33,000 nt of DNA from Octopus bimaculoides (GCF_001194135.2 NC_068997.1:55882762-55915761); one strand, 5' to 3'. Counted from the first letter of the stretch, positions 11,694 through 21,632 are shown. The notes: a model not told the origin generated them from the letters alone. Made by a program: numbers and translations.

Positions 11694-12691
11694 ATCATCA
11701 TCATCATCGTCGTCGTTTAACGTCTGCTTTCCATGCTAGCATGGGTTGGACGGTTTGACTGAGGACTGGTGAAACCAGATGGTTGCACCAGGCTCCAATT
11801 TGATCTGGAAGAGTTTCTACAGTTGGATGCCCTTCCTAACGCCAGCCACTCCAAGAGTGTAGTGGGTGCTTTTACGTTCCACCAGCATGAGGGCCAGTCA
11901 GGCGGTACTGGCAATGGCCACACTCGAATAGTGCTTTTTACGTGCCACCTGCACAGGAGCTAGTCCAGTGGTACTGGCAACAACCTCGAACGAATGTTTT
12001 TTTCATGTGCCACAGGCACAGAAGCCAGTCAGCTGCTCTGGCAGTGATCACACTTGGATGGTGCTCCTAGTGCTCCACTGGCAGGGGTGCCAGTTATCAA
12101 ATTTGAATTTACAAATTTGATTTGATTTCGATTTCAATTGCCTCAACAGGTCATCGCATGCAGAGTTTAGTGTCCAATGAAGGAAAGGTATGCATAAGTG
12201 GGCTGATTACACTCCTGGCATAGGCCATGGGTTATGGTCTCACTTGGCTTGCCAGGTCTTCTCACACAATGCATATTTCCAAAGGTCTCAGTCACTAGTC
12301 ATTGCTATGGTGAGGCCTAATGTTCGAAGGTCATGCTGCACCACCTCATTCCAGGTCTTCCTGGGTCTACCTCCCCACAGACTCCCTAAACTGCTAGGGT
12401 GTGGCACTTTTTCACACAGCTATCCTTATCCATTCTCGTCACATGACCATACTAGTGCAGTCGTCTCTCTTGCACACCACATCTGATGCTTCTGAGGTCC
12501 AACTTTTCTCTCAAGGTACTTACACTCTGTTGAGTATGCACACTGACATTACACGTCCAGCAGAGCATACTAGCTTCATTCCTTGTAAGCTTACACATGT
12601 CCTCAGCAGTCACGGCCCATGTTTCACTGCCATGTAGCATGGCTGTTTGTACAGATGCACCGTACAGTCCACCTTTTACTCTGCTACGAGG
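11694..12691 (-). mobile_element. 5'-truncated RTE-clade LINE: RT C-terminus, 3' UTR with subrepeats and (GAT)n tail
   Basis: Minus strand reads RVKGGLYGASVQTAMLHGSETWAVTAEDMCKLTRNEASMLCWTCNVSVHTQQSVSTLREKLDLRSIRCGVQERRLH*YGHVTRMDKDSCVKKC, containing the RTE hallmarks GSETW and RRL-x-WYGHV. Has a premature stop and a frameshift. Tail (ATC)n at 11694-11715 on the plus strand. Confidence 0.93.
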
Positions 12692-13448
12692 TTTAAAATG
12701 TCAACTGAAAAAATACCGTATGGGTAATTTTTTGACTTTCGAAAATTTTCAACTTTCTCATTTGAATTTGGTTTTTACACCTAACATATCTTTTAGTATT
12801 ATAATGCTGGAACATATTTTGCCTTCATATTTTACATTCGAGTTTTAAGAAAACCTTCAACTGTTTCACAAATTTAAATTTAAGTGTTTTACTCATTTTT
12901 ATTCATTTTCACATTTTAATTTTAAATTTATATTTTTTCAAATTTACCTTACACTTGATTATATTATATCAATTTTCTTGTTTTAATATTCAATGCACCA
13001 GGCAGTTTTTAATATATTTGTATGCATATATATGTTATGGTGTATATATCCATCTTGATGTGAACATATGTATCATATGTATGTAGAGATATAGAAATAT
13101 ACTTATAAGTTTATTTGTATATTTGTATGCATATCTACTTGTGTCTATACTATTGTATATATGTATGTATTTATGTAGATATGCATGTCTGTTTTATTTT
13201 TGTGTACATTTTTATATGCATGCGTTTGATACTGTTTGGGAGCGCCACCTTTCAAATCCTTTCTCTCTCTCTCTCTGTCTCTCTCTATCTATCTGTTCTT
13301 TCTCTTTTTTCTCTTCAGCTTTCTATTTTTCTTTCCCCCATCACTTCTTTTTCCTCTATTTTTTTCTCCCACCACTTATTTTTATGATTTTCTTTTTCTA
13401 ACTCACAACAACTAAGCTGTACAGTTAGAAATACACACAGAGGCCCAT

Positions 13449-13487
<39 letters not shown>

Positions 13488-13685
13488 CTAATTAAAATCA
13501 GTGTTGATCATGATACTAGTCAGGCTTCAACTTCGAATACATACTAGCAATGCACATTTTACAAAATATATTACAAATAAAAATAATGATTATGTTTTTT
13601 AATAAAATTGAGCTGGAGCCCAAACTAAGCATTCCCATAATCCAAATTTAACTTGCAGGTTGTATGCTTGAGACACCTGTGTTAA

Positions 13686-13904
13686 TCCTTTAACATTCAG
13701 TTGAATTTACCAAACGTAATTCTTATTTAACCACATAAAAAAAAAAATTAATCAGGCATTATCTGGTGGCTACGAAATTTTGAAGATGTGATTGTTTAAT
13801 TTTTAGAATGACATTGCTGGGTTGGTGTGACAACCCTGATCTGGCCAGTTTGAGCATAAAGCAGAATATTTTGGCCAGATATGGCCATTTTAAGTGCTGA
13901 ATGG
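13686..13904. mobile_element. Decayed non-autonomous DNA transposon (MITE), TTAA-flanked, piggyBac-like
   Basis: Flanked by ttaa (13682-13685) and ttag (13905-13908). Ends tcctttaacatt and (reverse complement) ccattcagcact both resemble CCCTTTAGCATT but match each other at only 7/12. The internal sequence resembles a repeat I recall from octopus. Confidence 0.5.
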
Positions 13905-13915
13905 TTAGTATTTAC

Positions 13916-14106
13916 CTAGATTTCCTCTCTTTAACGTTTGTCTCAAACATGGATAGTGCATTATTGTTCCAGGATCCAGTTCCAGATTAATAGCATATTC
14001 CTGCCTTCCTATAAGATATCTAGGACTCAATATGAATTCATTGGTCTTTAGGAATCCATCATTATTCCCTCCCGACCGTTCTGTGGTGAGTGTCATGCTT
14101 GCTTTT
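13916..14106 (-). CDS. Candidate exon (KASMTLTTERSGGNNDGFLKTNEFILSPRYLIGRQEYAINLELDPGTIMHYPCLRQTLKRGNL), product unknown
   Basis: Acceptor ttttaactgacttttag, donor TAG/gtaaat. 191 nt open (phase 2 to 1) with balanced residue composition and higher GC than the flanks. Caveat: the plus strand also offers a spliceable open exon at 13971-14086 (ttccag ... GTG/gtgagt). Confidence 0.4.
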
Positions 14107-16527
14107 CTAAAAGTCAGTTAAAACAATCAGAAATTTTAGATAAATACTTGACTTAATGATGGAATTCATAATTCAGACAGCCACTCCAGGAATTTCTTGT
14201 TTAACAAATGAATCTGTTAGATTTTTAATTACTGATTGTTGTAACGACTGCACAAATAATCAGTCTATATATGTGTGTTCCTTTTTATTTTTTATAGATT
14301 GAATTTATTTGGTGGAGAAGCTTTTTATCTGGAGAAATTAGCTATTTCTTACATTTTTCAGTCTTTCTTCTTTCTGTGTAAACAACAACAACAACATCAA
14401 CAGCAGCAGCAGCAATAAAAACATTTGTGCAAAGATTTCCCTCCCTCTGCAACTGAATATGTGTGAGTGTACGTGGTGCTTGTATATGTTCACCTACATA
14501 CATGAGTGCAGTCTTTACATCAAGATATTTGATTTCAGTTCACTCATTCGATTTTATTCTCGCTACTCTTGTAGGTTGTCAGCTACACATTATTTCAAGG
14601 AAGACAGGAAGTGTTAACACCTCTTCAAAATCCGCATCAGCCATTTAATTCTCTTGTGCAGCCAGTGACAAAGCAGATCAAAAGAGAAGATAATTTATTC
14701 GAACTGGTTCAGTAAATATTGTTTACATGAATTAACCAATAAAATTGCTTGTCAACATTTTTTAATGTAATTACTTGCATTGGTGGCGAGAGTTAGAATT
14801 GAGCCTAAGGGCTGATTGCATTTTACAGGTAATACAAGATATCTAACCTCACATGGCTACCCATCCTTCCTTTTACATGCTGTCACCTATATTTGGTTAC
14901 AGTTATGAATATGACCGTCTGTAAGTCAGAAAATACTGAAGGTGATAGTAGCAGAGAATCTTGGTTCTTTGAAGTAAAATCTCCAAATCTTCATCGAAAC
15001 TCCATCTGCCTATATCTGTCTGTCTGTCACTGTCGTTGGTGATATATTAAGAGATATTTCATTGTTGCATTTCTAAAAGGGAATCTGTTCTACTTGCCTT
15101 TTTACCTCTCTATTTTCTTGTTTTATGACAGTAATACATTCTAACACATAGAGACATGGGGTCAAATATGAACTGGTTAGTAATTAGTTAATCCAATTTT
15201 CTTAAAAGGTATCCCCTTAAATTCAGAAACCATTAAGCTATATTTCAACTAGTATTTGCTTTCCTCATTTATTTCTCTTCCTGAAGTCTGATATTATCTT
15301 GTAAAACATAACAAATTTTGAAATAAAGTCAATAAATAAATATTTGGATTGCTGATAGCAGTAACAATGACGATGATGATGATGATGATGATGATAATAT
15401 ATCAACAGTGTTGCTGGAGGTGATACAAGGTTTAAAGAGTGAAACGAATTAGATGTTAAAAGCGACTTTGAACTTTTGGTTTTGCTATTGGACATACTGT
15501 GAACCAATATTTCTAAGGAACATCTAAAAATGATGACCAAATAAATTTCTCTTCATGATTGTGTTTGCCAGTCAAACAAAGTGATGCTAAAGAAATAAAT
15601 AGCACCATGAACTGTCACTAGCGGAGAACTATGAAGATACAAGAGATTTATTTTTAAGACATCTGACACCATTTCTATAATTTGTTCTGTTAGTTCTTGT
15701 AAGCAGATAGAGAACTATAAAACAAGCAGATTATGACAGTTAAAATTTAGACTGAATTTTATAACTAGTCTCATTTGGCACATTAAAAATTCAGTAATTC
15801 TGAAATAAGAATTACAGTAATGAAACATAATCAATTTTAATTAAAAATTGCTTCTATAATCTCCAAGACACAATCACATTGTATAGTTTTCTCCCCAAAG
15901 GTTTAATAGAAATTATATTTCATTTAGCCTTGAGCATTTCATATTAAAAATTACTTCTTTTCTTTTTCAGATACTATTATGGCATTCATTACAACTTGCT
16001 CAAATGATAATTAGTCATTTTAAAATTTTGTTTAATGACTATGTACTTTATTTTCTGAGTCATTTGTCAAGCATTTCTTAAACATCTGATCCTAAATGAA
16101 TTAATTAACCCTCAGGCATTGTTATGAATGTTTGGTCAATTCCTTGTATTGTTTTCATAGCTCTCTTAGGTTTTATCATTGGAACTATTATTCCATTTGT
16201 ATTGAAGCTAAAATTTATTTTCTTTAAAATGTTTATACATCAATTCTATTAGTATTGGATTGCAATCTTTTTCATGTAAAGAATTATGTACTTCTCTTAA
16301 AAAAATATTCTAATAGATATTTAGCTAACTTTCTAACTTCTTCCATAATAAAATATTACATTATTCTTTGATTACAATCCTCCTCAAAGCCACACAGTTT
16401 CTTAATGCTTCATTTTATTTTGATATAACCCTTCTGATCTCAATAAAACTAAAACATTTGACAAAGTACTGCTAAAATGTCCTCAAAAAGCGGAAAGTAA
16501 TTATGTCTCTGATGGAGACCCACTTAC

Positions 16528-16678
16528 TTCTTCTGAAATTAATTTTCTTGCTGTCTTTTTCCTCAGTCTCCTGATATTATTCCACTTGGGTTCAAGATAA
16601 TGAGGAAAATCATGGATTTAGAGAATTCTCAGTACATTGAAACCGTGGATGAGATGAGTGAAAATTCTTGATGAAAAT
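16528..16678 (-). other. Candidate non-coding (UTR) or pseudo-exon
   Basis: Long pyrimidine tract ending ttttcccaag and a consensus donor GAA/gtaagt. All three frames hit a stop; the best frame (FSSRIFTHLIHGFNVLRIL*IHDFPHYLEPKWNNIRRLRKKTARKLISEE) has one TAA at 16618-16620. Confidence 0.2.
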
Positions 16679-16865
16679 CTTGGGAAAATAAGAGATTTCA
16701 GGAAAAGAGTTAAAAAAGAGGAACAGAGAATTCTTTTGAGAAAATAAAGCAAATTAAGCAAATAAAGTATAAAGTATGTTGACTAAAGTATGTTGACTAA
16801 AGACTATATTCATATTATCAGGTATGATGAAGGAGATGACACATCACATGGGTAAATGAAATATT

Positions 16866-17090
16866 CTTTTTTTTCTTTGTTCTACTCTAGGCACAAGGCC
16901 CGAAATTTTGGGGGAGGGGACCAGTTGATTAGATCGACACCAGTACACAACTGGTACTTAATTTATCAACTCTGAAAGAATGAAAGGCAAAGTCGACCTC
17001 GGTGGAATTTGAGCTCAGAACATAAAGAGAGATGAAATACTGCAAAGCATTTCGCCCAACATGCTAACGTTTCTGCCAGCTCTCCACCTT
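16866..17090 (-). mobile_element. tRNA-derived SINE family 2, full length, with 16-bp TSD
   Basis: Minus strand: aaggtggagagctggcagaaacgttag (A-box-like), gagctcaaattcc (B-box-like), gaggtcgactttgcctttcattctttc, A-rich tail. Flanked by gggtaaatgaaatatt (16850-16865) and gggtaaacgaaatatt (17091-17106). Confidence 0.92.
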
Positions 17091-17439
17091 GGGTAAACGA
17101 AATATTAAGTGATGAAAAGCTTACGCATGAAACATATTCATATTAAGACATGAGTAAATCAAGACAGAAAACATGAGAAAAAAGACCCATCACCCGATGA
17201 GTGAAACAATTACTGAAAGGTATAAGAGAACCAAGTCAATGCAATAACTGTGTGGAGAAATGGAAGAGAAACTAATAATCTGTGCAGTTGTTCTTTATCA
17301 AGGAAGGAGAAAAGAGAAGAGAGGAAAATAAAGATGAGGGAAGCTGGAAGGACAGACAGGAACTGAATAATTTTGGTGGTTTCTAACAGAGAAGAGTGAA
17401 CATGTAGTGAAGGAAAGTATTGAAGAATGTAGTTAAATC

Positions 17440-17476
<37 letters not shown>

Positions 17477-17548
17477 TGAATGAAAATTAACATTCTTGAT
17501 CATTCGTTAAGTCCAATAAAATTTCTTTTTACAAAAGCAGCAAAGAGA

Positions 17549-17870
17549 GTAGATGTAATCATTAAACATACGAGATGTAAATACTGAATATTTTTAGATG
17601 TAATTAAATATAACATACATGTAAATTTTAAACATGTGAAGATATATTTTTTAAATATAATGTAGATGTAAATATCAAACTCATGTAAGTATAACTATTA
17701 AACATATATAGCTGTATGTATTAAATATGTGTAGATGTAGTTAAACATATGTAGATGTAGACATAAAACCTCAAATAAATATAAACATTAAAGGCATACT
17801 TGGATGTAGATATTAAACATTGCAATGATGTAAATCTTAAATAGCATGTACATGTAATTGCATGATGTAT
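17549..17870. repeat. Degenerate ~20-24 bp minisatellite (GATGTAAATATTAAACATATGTA-like)
   Basis: Recurring gatgta ... ttaaaca/ttaaata units. Confidence 0.7.
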
Positions 17871-18194
17871 AACACAGGCTCAGGAACAAGGGTAACAGGG
17901 GGTGTTCTTGCATCCCTAAAATGTTTGTGGGGCAATGAAAACACTTTGAACATTTTGGGTTAGATGTGGGTTTGCACCCCCAAACCAAATTTTTGTTCCC
18001 ACACTTAAGGTATAGATATAAAATATTAATATATTTTTATCTCATGACATTAAAACCATTAATAACCTGAATGATTATAATCTTGTTTTAACAGTAACTG
18101 TTCTCCCACATTCGTATTGGTTATTTTCTACCACTGCTTCATGGTGTATCTTATTTAAATTCTCGCTTTCTTTGTTAGTTTGCAGCTATTTTGT

Positions 18195-18335
18195 GTTAAG
18201 TGCGTGGCTGAGAAGTTTGCTTTGCAGCCATGTGGATTCGGAGTTCAGTTTCTTGGGCAAGTTTCTTCTACTATAACTCTGGGACAACCAATATTTTGGG
18301 GGTGAATTTGGTGCATGTGTGTTGGAAGTGTCCGG
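18195..18335 (+). mobile_element. SINE family 1, decayed head
   Basis: gcgtggctgagaagtttgctttgcagccatgtggattcggagttcagtttcttgggcaagtttcttctactataactctggg aligns to 5740-5860. Confidence 0.65.
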
Positions 18336-18344
18336 AAGCCAAAC

Positions 18345-18530
18345 ATCATCACCATTATCATTAACCATCTGTTTTCAAAACTGGAATGGCTTGGACAGCT
18401 TGTCAGGAACTAGTAAAGCAAGGGGCTGCACCAGATTCCATTGTCTGTTTTGGCTTGATTTCTACGGCTGGATGCCTTTCCTAACACCTACCACACTTCA
18501 GAGGGCACTGAGTGCTTTTTATGTGCCACC
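18345..18530 (-). mobile_element. RTE-type tail fragment
   Basis: atcatcaccattatcattaaccatctgttttc ... ggctgcaccagattcc ... tttctacggctggatgcctttcctaacacc, aligns to 11694-11880. Confidence 0.7.
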
Positions 18531-18848
18531 CTGGTTTTAAGATCTCAGCATATCTCGTATACATTACACTCACATATCTATATATACATACAAAGTTAAT
18601 TGCAGAATAAAACCGTTAGGTCATCGACTCGAAAAGCCGTATCCCACCAATGACCACATATAAGAAGTACAACATAGACCACAAAAACCAAAATAGTAAA
18701 GGGAGGTCAAAATTTTTATACATAAGAATAAAAATTGATTAAAAATGCAATAGAATAATATGAATAAATAAATAAACAGCGATTAAAAATTTGATTAAAA
18801 ATATTAGAGACTGGTACAAATACAGTAGACTAAANNNNNNNNNNNNNN

Positions 18849-18888
<40 letters not shown>

Positions 18889-18900
18889 AAAATAGAGAAA

Positions 18901-19404
18901 AAAAATAATACATAGGGAGACGTAGCACAACAGTTCATTCGCTGAGGCCAATAGTCAAAAAAAAAAAAAAAATTCAAGACAAGTAATACGAAAGTTCAAC
19001 TACCTGCCTCATGACAGCAAATTTAGTAGGTAAAATTTCATTTCATAAACAGGAATACCGAAGCACACGGGACAAAACAGCAACAGAACATCCAAAGTGA
19101 GGCAAAGTAAAATCCAAGTTTCACCATTCCGCTGGTAACATCAGTAAAGTCAAACCATAAACATCATTTACAGTGGATTACGAGTATAGGTAGAACACAA
19201 ACACAGAACACCTATGGCCATTTCGGGGGTATATCACCGTATTTAATGCACAATAGAGCACAAATTGGTGATAACCCCTTCTTCAGGGTAAAAAAAGACA
19301 CACAGATATCAACGACGTCACCAGTTTTTTTATTACCCACAAGGGGCGACATAGAGGGGACGATACAACCTGATTTGGGGTCAGATGAAAACGGATGAAT
19401 TAAC
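18901..19404. promoter_or_regulatory. Local CpG-retaining island, possible promoter / first-exon region
   Basis: I count 14 CpG in 18901-19403 versus 0 in 1-500. Contains TGACGTC (minus, 19314-19320) and a minus-strand donor-like GCAG/gtagtt at 19004. The promoter role is inference only. Confidence 0.3.
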
Positions 19405-19659
19405 GGTACTACTAAAGCAGCGCGGACCCGAACGCGCAGTCGCGCGTCCGCGCTAGCTAGTCTTGAGTGATCGATCCTAACCCTATCCCTAACCCTAACC
19501 CTAACCCTGTCCCTAACCCTAACCCTAACCCGCGTGTGCAAATGAATACGCGTTTAGGGTTAGGGTTAGGAATAGGGTTAGGATTAGGATCGACCACTCA
19601 TGACTAGCTAGTGCGGACGCGCGACTGCGCGTTCGGGTCCGCGCTGCTTTAGTAGTACC
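19405..19659. mobile_element. 255-bp foldback MITE with internal telomeric repeats and 9-bp TSD (Merlin- or Mutator/Foldback-like)
   Basis: Terminal inverted repeats GGTACTACTAAAGCAGCGCGG...: first 47 bp identical, 73/76 overall. TGAATTAAC directly repeated at 19396-19404 and 19660-19668. Nine CCTAAC-type hexamers at 19476-19529 and six GTTAGG-type hexamers at 19553-19588, around a CGCGT-12nt-ACGCG centre. Confidence 0.93.
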
Positions 19660-19964
19660 TGAATTAACAGGAACATGCATTAAAAAATTTTACAATGAAA
19701 TCGACCCTTGCAAAGAAAATTGTGACCCTTGAAATTGTGACTATATATTGAACAGTTTAGTATCTATTTAGCGAAATATTAACCTTAAATTGCAAGCTGT
19801 TGTCTCGCTGTGAAAAATTTAACTCTTATGAACCAGCTATCTCCTGTGAATCACAAGTTAAGTGTTTTCTTCCTGAGAAAAACACGCAAGAAGTAAAATA
19901 TAAAAAATACGAAAGTGTCTTGTAATAATATAAGTGTTATGACTAGTAAAAAAAAAAATAATAA

Positions 19965-20060
19965 AACACACTTTATTATTATTATTACAGTTACTATTAT
20001 TATTGTCTTGTCTATTATTATTATTACTATTATTATTATTATTATTTTTATTACTATTAT
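19965..20060. repeat. (TTA)n/(ATT)n imperfect microsatellite
   Basis: Directly visible. Explains the poly-N ORF at 19858..20127. Confidence 0.9.
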
Positions 20061-20559
20061 TTTGTGATAGAAAGTAAAAGGAAAAAGCTAAAATATTAAT
20101 AAAATAGAAATATAAGAAGTGAGACAAGAATGTTCATATCAAAAGAAATAATCTATTGGAAATTATATTTTTGTTTTACATCTTCATGGCATCAGACTTT
20201 TAGAAATATGTTCTTCTCTCCACTTATGAAAAAAATATCAATGTTATTAAAAGATAGTATCTGAAGTAGGTACATTATTGTAGTAGCTGAAAGAAAGGAA
20301 AAGAATTAGTATATAATTTAAGTTAATTTCCCAAGACAAAACTTAATCCACGATTATATATTTTAGATGATTTCAGATAAGATATATTGGCACATTTGAG
20401 TTTTCCTTACAGATTTTCTATCATAATAATTGCTAAAATACTGCTGAGAATTCTATAGAAGGTTGATTTATTTGACCTGCTTTGATAAAAACAAAATAAA
20501 TATTCGAATAACAATTATTAAAGATTTATGTTCTCATTAAAGGGTTTCTCTTTCTCTCG

Positions 20560-20593
<34 letters not shown>

Positions 20594-20689
20594 CGGGAGG
20601 AGATACATTCACAATAAATCTTTATTGTGCTGTTGCAAGTGCTCATTTCTCAGTATCATTATCTCATAGAGAGATCAAATAGCAAAAAT

Positions 20690-21115
20690 GACTGTAGGCA
20701 ACTGTATCTCCTCCCAGCCGTACGGGTCTACTTTAATTCCATTCTCTCAGAAAGTACTTTAAAGCGGACTCCTACAGCTTTTGGGGTTTTTTTTTTCTCA
20801 TAGGGTCTATTCCACTACTTACCATCTGTCAAGACCAACACAGAAAGCAGGAGGTTTAAGACTGCCAAGTACCATGAGGGTATCCCCATAAGATTTGGCT
20901 TACATCCCGTATCACTGGTGACCAGTTCTGACTTAAGATGCTCTGCCTACTTTGGCCAAGGCTGCAATGCTCTCAGTTACTGCATAGGAATTGGGGAAGC
21001 CTGGAAGGAGCGTTGACGAGAGATGCTGTATAAAGACAAGCAGCACTGACACACTGCACTGCTTCCGGCTTTCCAATATAGGTTAGCTGGTGGCTGTCAG
21101 CTGCGAGCCATTGGC
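20690..21115 (-). mobile_element. Probable interspersed repeat (non-LTR 5'-region-like)
   Basis: Sharply bounded GC-richer block with no ORF. Resembles a repeat I recall from octopus, but the family is not assigned. Confidence 0.3.
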
Positions 21116-21393
21116 ATTACTATACTATATTGCAGTATATCAATCAGTATCCAATGGCGTTCATTTCAAATATCTAATAGCTAGTAGCAAAATTTTAATA
21201 GATTTCTATTCCAAAACTTCAAGATTCAGTTGAACTTTCAACATTGTCTCTGAATTGTGAGAAAACATATTTGCTTCAAATACGAAAAGTTAAGTTTCGA
21301 ATGTGACCAACCAAAAATATTCTCCCTACAACTATTAGCAATTAGGATGAAAAAAAAAAAGGAATTATGATCCTCGTTAAAATACAGGCGAAG

Positions 21394-21632
21394 AAGGTAG
21401 CAAGCTGGCAGAATTAGTAAAGTGTTGGACAAAATGCCTAGTGGTATTTCTTCCAATGCTTAGAGCATTTTGTCTATCTTTATGTTCTGAGTTCAAATTC
21501 CAACAAGGTCAGCTTTGCCTGTTATTCTTTCAGGGTTGATAAAATAAATACCAGTTGCGTACTAGGGTTGATGTAATTAACGTAACTCTTCCTCTGGAAT
21601 TACAGGCCTCATGCCAAAATTTGAAACCAATT
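21394..21632 (+). mobile_element. SINE family 2, decayed full-length copy
   Basis: aaggtagcaagctggcagaattagtaaag ... ttctgagttcaaattcc ... ggtcagctttgcctgttattctttcagggttgataaaataaataccagttg, aligns to the reverse complement of 16866-17090. Confidence 0.8.

Noticed and set aside
14490-14647. Minus frame MADADFEEVLTLPVFLEIMCS* with three in-frame TGA (selenoprotein or mitochondrial-code NUMT)
   Set aside because: No SECIS seen, no similarity to selenoproteins or mitochondrial proteins that I recognise.
16770-16797. 14-bp tandem duplication TAAAGTATGTTGAC (also 10-bp at 2541-2560)
   Set aside because: Ordinary slippage-type duplication with no associated element.
17873-18009. Possible decayed MITE
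   Set aside because: The putative TIRs match at only 10/17 and there is no TSD.
19212-19541. 109-aa ORF starting MHTRVRVRVRDRVRV
   Set aside because: The VR repeats are the translated telomeric tract of the MITE; no evidence of coding function.
19476-19588. Ancient telomere-telomere chromosome fusion site
   Set aside because: The repeat order is opposite to a fusion signature, and the tracts lie inside TIRs with a TSD.
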